Assembly: GCF_001194135.2 (NCBI RefSeq)
Contig: NC_068983.1
Location: 57,699,521-57,740,843, forward strand
DNA: 41,323 bases
From: Octopus bimaculoides
Taxonomy: Eukaryota
Reading direction: 5' to 3'
Below, one piece after another: positions 22,545 through 35,358 of the stretch. Made by a program: the position numbers and the translations under genes. Positions within the stretch are counted from its first letter, which is position 1; each line of letters opens with the position of its first letter. Below the pieces are notes generated by a model, which worked only from the letters and a program-made list of their open reading frames with translations, did not search any database and was not told where the DNA came from.

Positions 22545-22812
22545 ATGTATGAGGATTCAGCTTTTGCGGAACGACCTGCACGAATGATTTGTTTATAGAG
22601 ATCAAATGTATGGGCTGCATATTAGCTCACTTTCTCTCCACCAAATCGACGTTGCCTGAACAGGTGTAAGGTGTGCCACGCGTCAGGTGTCTAAGTGATC
22701 ACACAGTAATGTGAAATGAAGTGTTTTGCTCAAGAACAACGTACCCCCAGTCAAGAAACCGAAATCCCGACCTCGTGACCATGAGTTCAACACCCAAACC
22801 ACTAGGCCAAGC
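22545..22812 (-). mobile_element. tRNA-derived SINE family E
   Basis: Reverse complement: tggcctagtggtt...ggtcacgaggtcgggatttcg...gttcttgagcaaaacacttcatttcacatt; related copy at 28505-28740 (+). Confidence 0.7.
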
Positions 22813-22865
22813 ACCCACCCACACACACCCTCATACACACACACACACACACACACACATACACA

Positions 22866-22900
<35 letters not shown>

Positions 22901-23704
22901 ACATAACATAGGTACAAGGGTGGATTTGTTCAACTAAAACCCTTCAAAGCTGTGGTCCCTCAGCGTGCTTGCAGTACGATGATTAAAACCAATAAAAGAT
23001 AAAAAGACATCGATGAATACAGCACTATAGAATTTTCCAGTCTGGTAAAAATTGATGTTTGCTTGTTTTTTTTTGTTGTTTTTTTTTTGTCTTTTTTCTA
23101 GGCCGTATTCATGAGTTGTAGAATCAGCTTTCTTTCAGTACACATAAAATTATAAGATTCATTAAATACTTAAACGTTCAGAGAAAGCTAAAAATCATAC
23201 GAAATCTTTTTTGATAGTGTTTCACTTGTATATATAACACTAAAATACTGTGGTACGTCTTCTTATTATAAATGTATATTAATGAACTCACTTGGGGAAT
23301 AACAGTCACCAGGGAATTTTCACACTTCGCTATTGAAACAAAGAAAGTAACAATGGAAGATGATAATATTAAGTAATGATGTGCTGATAGGCTTTATCTC
23401 TCTCACTGCAGATTACTAGCAGAATATATTCCTTCACTCTTTAATTTATCTGTCAGACAGACACCAAGACGAATATTTCTTTTTGGGTTCTTTTCTAATT
23501 TTTTTTTCCTTTCTATAATTTTGTCCGATTTTTTTCTTTTTGATTTTTTTTCCTGCCGTTTCTCTTACAGCAATGAATTACGTCTTTGTTTTCTCCCAAA
23601 TGAATAATGAATTATTATCGCTGATGTGGTAGATAACAGAAAGACTAATGTCTCCAGTTCTTTGCCAAAACATTCATGAATAAAAAAGGAAATCACACAC
23701 ACAC

Positions 23705-23747
<43 letters not shown>

Positions 23748-23940
23748 CGTGTATGTGTGCGTTAATGTTTGTTTTTATGTTCAATTATAATAAAAACAAT
23801 TTTACATTAATCTGATGGGTAACTCTATAATTTTGTAGAGTACAAGCTTATCATTCTTAGACAAGAATATTATTGACAGGGACCTCGCAGTTTCGACCAG
23901 ATAAGTCATATATGTATATAATAGTTGTATTATGTCTGTA

Positions 23941-23979
<39 letters not shown>

Positions 23980-24002
23980 GCATCTGTGTGTATATGTGTA
24001 TG

Positions 24003-24168
24003 CAGGGTCGGCTCAAGTTACCAGTAACTCTAGCAGTCACCTAGGGCACCATGTACTAGGGGGCGTGAAGGAGGGCGTGACAAAGACAAGGAAATTTCTA
24101 CGACTGTCAGCTTGTACACACCAAAGGTCAACCTACCCGGGTTGCCAGCAACCTTAGGGCTGGCCCTA
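24003..24168. mobile_element. hAT-like MITE
   Basis: Degenerate CAGGGCCGGCCC-type TIRs; 8-bp flanks tgtgtatg / tgtgtgcg. Confidence 0.55.
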
Positions 24169-24334
24169 TGTGTGCGTGTATTTGTAACCCTGAGATACCT
24201 GCAATGGATCCGGAAGAAAGACTTGCAACAAGTCTGAACACCTCCTGTAGTTCCTGGATCAGGTAACGCATCCTCGAAATTTATTCCACCTAATGATAAT
24301 TAGAAATATTTATAACTTAAATTAATTACAAATA

Positions 24335-24802
24335 CAGGTCATCGTCAACTTACGACCTATCCGACTTACGACCAATCAACTTAACGGCGATTGGAGGGCC
24401 GGCTCCTGGCAGTATTAATATATAATAGTCCAATTGAAATCTAATAGGTTTAATTCCTTAGACATTAACCCATCTACGGATAACGTCAGCTCACAAATGC
24501 TTACCCTAGGTTTGGTTTTCGATAGCCACTCTGGTTATCCGAAGTGTTAGATGAATATCCTGTTGCGAGGACATCGAAGCAGCTTCGTAGTTGTTTCTTA
24601 GACAACTGCTTGAGACTCCGAACAAATAACACTGTTGTAGTATAATATAGAATGCTGTGTGTGACATATCTACATGAGAATGTACCTTAAGAATGTAAAA
24701 ATATAAAAGAAAGCTATGTATGTCTATAGACCAACTTACAACCAAATTGACTTACAACCAGTCAGTCAGAACCAATTGTGGTCATAAGTCAACGACGACC
24801 TG
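24335..24802. mobile_element. pogo/Tigger-like MITE
   Basis: TA|caggtcatcgtcaacttacgacc ... ggtcataagtcaacgacgacctg|TA; repeated acttac(g/a)acc subterminal motifs. Confidence 0.85.
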
Positions 24803-25649
24803 TAATCACTCATTTTCTTTACAGTGTATATAAAGATATTTGTACATTTTCAAATGTTTTGTGACAGGTTATATTTTAATCAAATGACCCTTTGATGCCA
24901 CTGGTACTTATTATTTTCTTAATCATTGGATAGTGACAAGTAAAGCTAACACTGGCAGAATTTGGACTAAAATTTAGTTCTGTCTAAGAAAAGAAATATA
25001 ATAAGCATTTTTATTCAACTGTTTCTATGCAGACTTCAATTCTTTTTAAAATTTGAAGTAATTCTGATTCTAGAAATGTATCATTACTTTAAATCAAAAA
25101 TTAATGTATGTGTTTGTGTATGCGTATATATGTTTGTGTCTCAATGTGTTTGCTTTCTGCTTATGCGTGTGTGTGAGTACGAGGCTGTTTTGTGTGTCAT
25201 ACTGGTTAGATACCTTAAGTAAAGTAGAGGCTACATAAGTAGCAGGTGTCGGCAAATATAGGTGTACTAGTCTATACTTGTTACTTTATGAATGAGTAAC
25301 ATGTGGGACTGTAACTGAAGAAGGAGAAAATAAGTTTGCGTGCGTGTAGGTGTATGAATATACTGTTTAAATGTGTTGGTGTGCATGGTGTTGATTATTT
25401 TGTTAAATGGTAAGGAGTAGATGTGTGGAAGGGGTTGTTAAGGGGACCGCCAGACACTGAACGAAAATAAATGAAGTGCGATCAGGTTCAATAAAAGGAA
25501 CCTGGGTTATTGGCCGTAATTACATACTTGAAGTCAGTGTTGGCAGGAATTAAATCAGCTTGCAAATACGCATTCACTTTATTAAATTTATACTCGGGCT
25601 AAGCCTGAACAGCCTGAGTGCCTAAGTCACCACTGGTATGTATGTATGA

Positions 25650-25695
<46 letters not shown>

Positions 25696-25854
25696 ATTTT
25701 TTGTTTAAACTAGCATTGCAAGCAGAGTTGGTACAGAAACAACTATAACGAATAATTAAAGATGTGTTAGAGGATTTCTTTGTCTCATTATTTGGCTTAT
25801 GTGCACGTGTTTGTGTGTGTGCGCGCGTGTGTATGCACATCTATACATACATAC

Positions 25855-25887
<33 letters not shown>

Positions 25888-26130
25888 NNNNNNNNNNNNN
25901 NNNNNNNNNNNNNNNNNNNNNNNNNNNNNNNNNNNNNNNNNNNNNNNNNNNNNNNNNNNNNNNNNNNNNNNNNNNNNNNNNNNNNATATATGCAGGCATG
26001 TATAAACAACATTTGTTATTAATATCCATTTTCCATGCTGGCATCGGTTGAGCGGTTTGACAAGATCCAAATATCCACACGACTACATCATGCAATTTCT
26101 CCATTTGTTTCCAGCATGACAAGATGAGAT

Positions 26131-26226
26131 TTTAGGTTAGCTTAACGGCTATTTCTAGACGATCAGGCAACCATGTAGGAGCATTCGCAATGCTCCTACA
26201 TCGTATACGGAGGATTCAAAGCATTC
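26131..26226 (+). repeat. About 100-bp dispersed repeat with strong hairpin; second copy at 27688-27785
   Basis: ccatgtaggagcatt-cNc-aatgctcctacat(c/g)g. Confidence 0.9.
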
Positions 26227-26759
26227 AGACCTTTGTGATTTGTAGTCGTCAGTACGTCACCAGTAAATATTACATTTTCCGGTACATGATTGAAGAGGAA
26301 TTCTAATTAACTAAGGCTAAACAGAATTAAATATTAATTGTAGATTAAAACATTTATTTTGTACTCATAGTTGGTGTATGTCATCTAATCTATGCAATAC
26401 CATATGCAGACTCTCGGAGACATACTAAGATATCATTGCTTAAATTAAATACCTGCTACTATAATTAACTCATCAAAAAAATTAAATAATGAATTTTGGT
26501 AATACCATATGACAGAATGAAGAATTAGATGCTTTGCAACAGTCTCTTTCAAAGATGGGTGTGAATTTAAGATATTATTTTTTTAAATATGATTAAATTT
26601 CTTTTTTTCATTTAAGAATTTGCATGCTTTTGCAAATATTTGAAGAATTAATTTCTTAACATCATTGAAAAATCAATTGACATACCGGATTACAGCTTGA
26701 CGAAACAAAAAAAATTATTTAGACATTTAGTTCACTCCCAGGTGGTAAAATAATTTCAC

Positions 26760-26870
26760 CTGGCTGTGTGGTAAAAAGCTTGCTTTCCAACCACGTGGTT
26801 TTGGGTTCAGTTCCATTCTGTGGCACCTTGGGCAAGTGTCTTCTACTACAGCCTCAGCTTTGACAAAGCT
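26760..26870 (+). mobile_element. SINE family B head
   Basis: tggctgtgtggtaa...gggttcagttcc...ggcaccttgggcaagtgtcttctactacagcctc. Confidence 0.85.
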
Positions 26871-27054
26871 GGAAACTCTGTACCGTGAAAGAAGTCCTAC
26901 ATATCTGTCACCACATATGTGTGTGTGTGTGTGTGCATCTTTGCCCCCTTCCCCGCCCTGCTTCACAACTAGTTTTGGTGTCCTTGTGACTGTCTGGTAA
27001 GAAGATTGCAGCATAATTACATAATTGCTTCCAAAATTTTGGGGGAGGGGGCCA

Positions 27055-27220
27055 ATCGATTAGATAGACCCCAGTACGCAACTGATACTTGATTTATCGA
27101 CCCCGAAAGGATGAAATGCAAAGTCAACCTCAGTAGAATTTGAACTCAGAACATAAAGACAGATGAAATCCCGCTAAGCATTTTGCCCAGCGTGCTAACG
27201 TTTCTGCCAGCTCACCACCT
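27055..27220 (-). mobile_element. SINE family A
   Basis: Reverse complement of the family A head and central domain. Confidence 0.9.
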
Positions 27221-28371
27221 TATGTATACGTATATGATCTCAAAGAAAAGTGTGATAGTGACTTTGAAATTTTGTCTTGCCAGGCGACATGAGGTTTTAA
27301 AACTGTTTAAGCAAAGACGATTTTGGTCTTTTTGGCTGAAATAACTTTTGTCTGGGTATGATGTCGAATAATGTGAATGAGAAATAGTCGAGGAAATAGA
27401 CAAGAAATGTTGAAGTGGATGAAAGGTTTGGAGAAGAACAGGCAGAACATATACATTTGTAGTGTTTGGGTTAAGAAGACAGAAGTTTCTTCTGGTATGA
27501 TAAAGAAACGCTGTTGTTGAAAGTAATGTTTAGTGTGTAAGTAAAGAAGTAACAGATATGTCACATTCAGATGAGAATTTGTGTTAGTTGAAGTTTACCT
27601 CATGACTAATCAAGATTATTTGTATATAATAATGGATTTATGTTATTTTGGGGTTCAAAATTATGTCCATCGCTAACACCAGTTCAATTTAGGTTAGCTT
27701 AACGGCTATTTCTAGACGATCAAGAAACCATGTAGGAGCATTCTCAATGCTCCTACATGGTATATGGAAGATTCAAATCATTCACAGAGAGTGAGTGAAA
27801 ATAGTGATGACATCAATAGCTTTCTTTTATAGATACGTAAATATATTACATGCACTCATTCAACACCATATCAGTAACACTGTAACCTGCTTCTATTCAA
27901 AGACAAAAAAATATGTACCCTGATGAAAGGTATTGAGCTATCCTTCAATTTAATGAAGGGTCTAGACAAAAAAAACCGATTTGAGGAAATTATGAAAAAG
28001 TGACGGCAGAGTTCCATAGCATTCTAGAGATGTTCCAGAGGTGTTACCAGCAGTGGCAGAACTGGTGGGAGAAGGATGTGAATTACCAAAGGAAGTAATT
28101 TGCAGGTGTGATATGTACAAATACCGAAACGGTCAGATACTTTTTGACAACATTTCATATATACATATACATATATAAAGAAAACGAAAAATGGAGCAAG
28201 AACGTAACAGACGACAACAAAACATCTAGACAGTTAGACGATACAAAAAAGGACAGGAAAAGAACAAGGACGGATCAGTAGTGGTGCGTATGTATGTATG
28301 TATGTATGTGTGTATGTATGTATACGTGCAGATTTGTATGTTTTGCTTTATGTATGTATTCTCATGTATAT

Positions 28372-28475
28372 ACCAGTTATGCACTGGAGTTGATGTAATC
28401 GACTCAATCCTTTTGTCTGTCCTTGTTTGTCCCCTCTATGTATAGCCCTTCGTGGGCAATAAAGAAATAAATATT
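28372..28475 (+). mobile_element. SINE family A 3' fragment
   Basis: Matches 22430-22525. Confidence 0.85.
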
Positions 28476-28504
28476 TACTTCTGACAAATATATGAAAGTT
28501 AGTT

Positions 28505-28740
28505 ATGTTGGCCTCACGATCGTAGGGTTGCAGTTTCAATTCTCAGACTGGCTGCACGTTGTGTTCTTGAACAAAACAGTTCATTTCACATTGCACCATT
28601 CCATTAAGTTGTAAACGGTCGATCCTGTTAAGGACAGTATTCTCACCTGACCAGTGAGGTGACATCATTTGAAAGCTAAAACGATGCATTATGACCAGCG
28701 ATGCACAGCAACATCCGATAGTCTGGTAGATCACGTGATC
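28505..28740 (+). mobile_element. SINE family E-like copy
   Basis: gttgtgttcttgaacaaaacagttcatttcacattgc shared with the 22.7-kb copy. Confidence 0.55.
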
Positions 28741-29282
28741 ACTATTGACAAATAAATGAATCAAGAAATAATTGCAAGAAGAAGAACGGAAAAAAATTGT
28801 CTGTGATAATTGGAATAGTTTTCTAGTAAAGACAAGAAATGGAAATTGTCTCAACAAACATAAGACTGAAAAGATACATAGCTTCCAACTGAAACAAGCC
28901 ATTCTTTGCATCATCCCCAACAGAGTTGAATCTCTGGTTCTTTTTTTATACACTCCTTATAAAGTTCTTGAATGTTCTGGCAGCAATTTTAGGTATGAAA
29001 TTTAATCTTTTCTTTTAGGTTAGCACACCTGCTACAAACTGGCATCAGAAATCCTTGGCTACATTATTACGATATGTAATATTGCTGTTTACCATTAACA
29101 ACTACCATCGTCAGTCTATAATAAAAGAACATATTTAGTATCATCTATTTTAGGCTTAGAACTTAAAACATTCAATTGGTGCTATGACTTTAAGTCTCTC
29201 TCTCTCTCCCCTCTTTCTCTCCCCTATCTCTCTCCCCCTCTCTCTCTCTCTCCTCTCCTTCTCTCTCTCTCCCTCTCTCTAA

Positions 29283-29820
29283 GCAATGACAAAAGACCGA
29301 GACCTCTGGAGATATGCTGTGACTGAGAAGACCCGGCAAATAAAGTGAGTTCACAGCTGTAACCTACACTAGTGTTGCATAACCAACCCACTCAAAAGTA
29401 TCTTGGATTGTAGGGTGACATGCTGTGCTTGAGGAGACGTATTTAGTCAAGTGCATCAGCATCAAATCAAATCACAATCAAATGGAAATTGTAGTTGTGG
29501 ATCCCGTGCCAGTGGCACGTAAAAAGCACCATCCTAATGTGGCCGATGCCAGCGCCACCTGGCTTCCATGCTGATGGCACGTAAAGAGCACCATCCGATT
29601 GTGGTCAATGCCATCCCCCTCTGGCCTCGGTGCCAGTGGCACTAAAACAAGCACCCACTACACGCTCGGAGTGGTTGGCGTTAGGAAGGGAATCCAGCTG
29701 TAGAAACACTGCCAGATCAGACTGGAGCCTGGTGCAGTCTCCTGGCTTGCCAGTCCCAAGTCAAACCATCCAACCCATGCCAGCATGGAAAACAGATTTC
29801 AAACAATGATGATGATGATG
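29283..29820 (+). mobile_element. 5'-truncated RTE LINE (ORF end + 3' UTR)
   Basis: Near-identical to 31973-32512; ends in (GAT)n. Confidence 0.9.
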
Positions 29821-29823
29821 CAA

Positions 29824-29890
<67 letters not shown>

Positions 29891-31530
29891 ATAGTGGAAG
29901 CTAAATAGTATCCTGGTCAATTCTCGAAGAAAACTGATTGCTTCTCATCAGAAGACACTGTCCTTCCTTTTGCACCGTACTTTATGTGTGTGAGTAAAAT
30001 TAAACGTATATCACATCTGTTCTGTGCGTTTTAGAGTGTATATCCAAGTATGTAAGTTTAAATATATTTGTGCGACTGTGTATATGTGTGAAAGTGAGTC
30101 TTTATCTTTTAAAGGAAGTCTAGCTTTGTGATGTTTGAATTCAAGGACCAAAGCTTCATAACAATATGCTGCACAAATTTTTCAAACGTTCTAAAAAGTT
30201 TTCCTGTTCATTTCCTTTAAATTAAATGTGATAGGGATTATAGCGTTGGCATTTTTATCGTGATGATATTCAGAAACGTATCCTGAGAAATAGAAAATTC
30301 AAAATGTGTATAATATATCTTGGTTAACTTTGTTGACTGACTTCAACAAATCCCCATTACCATAATTAATCTCGGTCTAGGTGAAGCTCTATGAAACATT
30401 ATACAATATATTTATCTTGGGGAATATATATACGCATATATCTTCATATTATAACCTATAATGGCTAACAGAACATTAAGGATAGCGTTTTATTTGCTAA
30501 CTGAGATATCCCTTAGAACACAACCTACGATATTACGGATACAACTTCATGCATGTATCTCAATGTGTATATATATATACCTATGTACGTATACAACCAT
30601 ATATATANNNNNNNNNNNNNNNNNNNNNNNNNNNNNNNNNNNNNNNNNNNNNNNNNNNNNNNNNNNNNNNNNNNNNNNNNNNNNNNNNNNNNNNNNNNNN
30701 NNNNNNNNNNNNNNNNNNNNNNNNNNNNNNNNNNATATATATATATATATATACTTATATACACGTGTAAAGATGTGTACATGCTGCTATATGCATTTAC
30801 AACTATATTACACACCTACGAATATGTTGCATATAAAACTATACATGTATACAGTTATATGCATATACAGAAATATGCACACGTATAGATTTGCATACAG
30901 AACTACATATGCTTACAGTTATACGTATATAATTATATGCATACACCACTATATGCTTACGCAACTACCTTATATCTGCAACTGCGTCACATATAGCACT
31001 ATACACATATACAACTCTATGCGTATCCATTTATAATACATATACATATATATTGCACATGTATAGATTTGTTAGACTCAAAGAGAGAAGTGAAATACCT
31101 GCTGCAGGCAGCTTTCTTGCGTTGTAATGGGATATTAATGGCGGTTATCGTTATACTTAGGGATTCTCAGTAAAGTGCAACATGCAAGAGGATAAGATAC
31201 TGGATATTTAGAATAAGCATTAAATTCTGCTAAAAGCTTTATGACTTTGAACAAGAAGCATTAATTTATATTACATTGTAAAACTAAATGGGAACTAACA
31301 ATGCCAAGTAGGTTGGTTGTTAGGTCTTTAAGAATTTAAGAAAAATTGATACGTATGAAGGTTTTGAGATGTTTACGAAGGTGTCGGAGATTAGTAAGAG
31401 AACAGAATTAATTCTTGTTAGATTCGATCTCAGTTCATCACTACACTAAGTTTTAAAACCATTAGAATTCACCTAATCATTGATCGCTTTAATAAAATAA
31501 GGGCCTTTACAATACTGCTGACGTTTGGAA

Positions 31531-31637
31531 GGCGGCGAGCTGGCAGAAATGTTAGCACGGCGGGCGAAATGTTTAGCAGGATTTCGTCTATCTTTACGTT
31601 CCGAGTTCAAATTACACCGAGGTCGACTTTACCTTCC
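31531..31637 (+). mobile_element. SINE family A head
   Basis: ggcggcgagctggcagaa...gagttcaaattacaccgaggtcgac. Confidence 0.85.
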
Positions 31638-31807
31638 AGAGCAAAAGAAAGTTCCAGTTATGTTGATCCTGTCTTTTATTTAGACACAGTGTAAACAGAA
31701 TGCCCTTATGCGTTCTTCCTTTTATAAGACAGTAAATATTATTTGAATGAGATTTGACTGCTGATTCTAGCAGGTCAATTCTTAACTGTGTTTTATGTAT
31801 TTTATTA

Positions 31808-32512
31808 GAGAGACGTTTGCATTGGTATGGTCATGTACTGCGGATGGACGAGGAGAGCTGTGTGAAGAACTGCTACTCCTAAACAGTGGAAGGAACCTGG
31901 GATAGAGAGAGACCCAGGAAAACAAGGGACGAGGTGGTGAAGCATGACCTTCGAACGTTGGGCCTCACAGAGGCAATGACAAAAGACCGAGACCCCTGGA
32001 GGTATGCTGTGACTGAGAAGACCCGGCAAATAAAGTGAGTCCACAGCTGTAACCTACACCAGTGTTGCATAACCAGTCGACTCAAAAGTACCTTGGATCG
32101 TAGGGCGACATGCTGTGCTTGAGGAGACCTACTGAGTCATGTACATCGACATCAACAGCAATATTAAAATCAAATCAAATGGAGATTGTGGTTGTGACCC
32201 GCCATGCCGGTAGCACGTAAAAAGTACCATCTGAATGTGGCTGATGCCAGTGCCGCTTTGACTGACTTCTGTGCAAGTGGCATGTAAAAAGCACCATCCG
32301 TTCGTGGTCAATGCCAGCTACTCTGGCCCCTGTGCCAGTGGCACGTAAAAAGCACCCGCTACACCCTCAGAGTGTAATGGTTGGCATTAGACAGGGCATC
32401 CAGCTGTAGAAACTGCCAGATCAGGTTGGGCCCTGGTGCAGCTCCTGGCTTCCCAGACCCCAATCGAACCGTCCAACCTATTCCAGCATGGAAAGTGGAC
32501 GATGATGATGAT
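31808..32512 (+). mobile_element. RTE-clade LINE 3' end
   Basis: ERRLHWYGHVLRMDEE..*TVEG..RERPRKTRDEVVKHDLRTLGLTEAMTKDRDPWR (stop at 32036-32038), then 3' UTR and (GAT)n. Confidence 0.9.
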
Positions 32513-33061
32513 TCTCACTTGCCAAAACGTTTTCACTCTAGACCTTTGAACAAGACCTTTGAGCAACGACTTTGTGCAAGATCTGTGAGCAAAACCTAGA
32601 AACATTAAGCAAACCAATGTTCAACAGAGTTCAAGTTCAGACAACCCCGTCTTTAATTTCAGGGCATACAGAACCATTCCTATGTCTTTATTTTATAATA
32701 CACTAGATGGAATTTGATAGGGGTTTGGTTGGAAATTCTAGCGGGTCAATAGATTGTCTGGTGGTTCACTTGTCAGCTGAAACTAGTCTTTTATTGTCGA
32801 TTAGAAGTTCACTCGGAAAATAGGAATCGTATTTGTGCTGAAGAGTTACCTTTCTGCCTTACAACGATTTTAGATCGTTCTCTGTAAATAATTTTATGCT
32901 TTCCAAAATCCTATTATGCTACTAGATTAGCATAATCAAATAGATAAGGCAAAGATAATTAAATCTACAACAATACATTCTGATATATGCCCTATAGTTG
33001 ACTTCAAATTTCTGACCTGTGTAACACAAGACTAAGACCTTAACAATTATTCTACTGCATC

Positions 33062-33065
33062 TCTC

Positions 33066-33127
<62 letters not shown>

Positions 33128-33539
33128 AGGTGCTACCATTCCAAAGCCATAACATCTCATTCTTTTTTTTATTCCTTTTATCCAAATCAATATATGTGGA
33201 AATTTTCTGTATCATTAATTAGTGTTATATTATCTCTTATGAATCTGACAGAATTTCAACTAATACTATGATAAAATTAATTTCATATTCATTCCAGCAG
33301 ATTTTCCAAAATATCTTATTCACACCTCTAGATTCCAAATTAACTCATATTCAATGTTTAGGAATTTTCGTTTTTGTTCTTCATTTATTTTATATCATTA
33401 TAATTATTGTGTTTCATTTTATAGAATTTTATTATTTTTCTCATCTTGTTTCTCAATTTTAATACATATTTAATCCACCTCATCATCTCTGTCTAATAAT
33501 TTACATCGCATTCTTTCTTTCTTCCCTTCTTTTTCCTTC

Positions 33540-33573
<34 letters not shown>

Positions 33574-33575
33574 AG
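33062..33575. repeat. (CT)n 33062-33125 and (TTTC)n 33540-33572
   Basis: Directly visible. Confidence 0.9.
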
Positions 33576-34056
33576 TTTCTCTTTTCTAATACTTGTAAAC
33601 TTATACAAAAAATTTTAAAAACTCCCTCCTACCGAACAGTTTGCACATAACCTTTTGAAAGATTTTATGCTTTCTCGCCTACAGTCTCTGTTTCTCTCCC
33701 TTTTCTATTAACTCATATATTTACTACATGCTTATATCATAATCATCATCATCATCATCAACATCACCATGGTCGTCATCGCCGTCGCTGTCGTCGTCAA
33801 AGTGGCTTTGCTTTTGCCATTTTAGTGTGTCTTTTTTTTCCGTGTTAGCATGGGTTAGGGGAGCCATATTTAAGCAAATGTTTGCTAACCAGATCCCCTT
33901 CCTACCACCTGCTCTCCCTTGCTTCTAAGTAAGGTGCTGTTTGCTGCTGTCCTTTCAAACAGAGAGCAGCTCAAAGGATGCCGATGATTTCAATGCATAT
34001 ATAAACAATATGAAAACAATGAGAAGACATGTCACCACACAGTCATACATTTACAC

Positions 34057-34094
<38 letters not shown>

Positions 34095-34289
34095 GTGTAT
34101 TCTATTTATAAGGTATCTGTTAACTCCTGAATACACACTCACACACATACATACATACATACATANNNNNNNNNNACATATATACATGCATTTGTGTGTG
34201 TGTGTGTGTGTATATGCTTGCAAAGCGAACTCCTTAACAACATGAACATCCCCCCACACACACACACGTAATTCAAATTTACAGAAAAC

Positions 34290-34410
34290 AAAAGATGAAT
34301 ACAAATGACAGAACAACAAGCAGGTGTGTTAGTTTGACGCTCAGAAAGATTGGAAAACATCTTTGATGTTTCATACCTATGCTCTTCTTCGGGAAAGGAA
34401 TGAGAGGAAA
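34290..34410 (-). mobile_element. Repeat family H with degenerate HHR-like motif
   Basis: Homologous to 35160-35345; minus strand CCGAAGA-A-GAGC-atag-GTAT-GAAAC-ATC-AAAG. Confidence 0.55.
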
Positions 34411-34412
34411 AC

Positions 34413-34461
<49 letters not shown>

Positions 34462-34577
34462 GAGAGAGGGAGAGAGAGAGAGAGAAATAACAGAGAGAAA
34501 AGATTTTCTAGGGATTAACAGTTTAACATGTTGATGTTTTAAAGCCAAAACAATTCAAGTTATTAGAAATAATAAAA

Positions 34578-34775
34578 GGCAGCGAGCTGGCAGAAATGCT
34601 AGCAGGCCGGGCGAAATGCTTAGCGATATTTCGTCTGCCGTTACGTTCTGAGTTCAAATTCCACCGAGGTCGATTTTGCCTTTCATCCTTTCGGGGTCGA
34701 TTAAATAAGTACCAGTTGCGTACTGGGGTCGATATAATCGACTTAATCCCTTTGCCTGTCCTTGTTTGTCTCCTC
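34578..34775 (+). mobile_element. SINE family A, best-preserved copy
   Basis: ggcagcgagctggcagaa...gagttcaaattcc...gcctttcatcctttcggggtcgattaaataagtaccag; the central domain recalls Meta-type SINE domains (unverified). Confidence 0.9.
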
Positions 34776-35128
34776 GATATTGTTTAAACAGAGAAGTGGT
34801 TTACCGACAACAGAAAACATCAGCATTTCTTTGTACATATATAAGGCATCTCTCAGCCTCAGAGAATATTCATCTGTTGAAGTAAGATTTTGGTTTTGGG
34901 TTTATAGGAAGATTAGAAACCAGGAATGGAAACTACTGGAACACTTGACTGTTACATAATTTCCCCATCAAGATGCAGTTATATAATTTAAATATCCTGC
35001 TTCCCCCTCGTATGTATGCATGTATGTATGTATGGATGGATGGATGGATGGATGGATGTATGTACGCATGCATGCATGTATGATTGTATTTGTATATATA
35101 TATGTGTGGAAACACCCTCCCTCTTTTG

Positions 35129-35159
<31 letters not shown>

Positions 35160-35162
<3 letters not shown>

Positions 35163-35345
35163 AGAATTCACAAAAAGAAACAAAATACGAAGACAGGTGG
35201 TGTAGAAAACAAACAGATGTATTAGTATAACGCTCGGGAAGTGAAAAAGTCTTTAATGTTTCGAGCCTACGCTCTTTCACAGAGAGGAACACAGAAAGAA
35301 ACAAGGAGAGAAATTAAAGAATGTGTAGTGGCTAGTGATCTATCA
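35160..35345 (-). mobile_element. Repeat family H with degenerate HHR-like motif
   Basis: Minus strand CTGTGAAA-GAGC-gtag-GCTC-GAAAC-ATT-AAAG. Confidence 0.6.
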
Positions 35346-35358
35346 TGGCGAATATATA

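Noticed and set aside
28772-29005. 77-aa ORF with a good donor at its 3' end
   Set aside because: No recognisable domain and an ambiguous acceptor.
29500-29660. Repeat-spacer pattern resembling a CRISPR array
   Set aside because: Eukaryotic context, degenerate units, non-unique spacers; part of the RTE 3' UTR.
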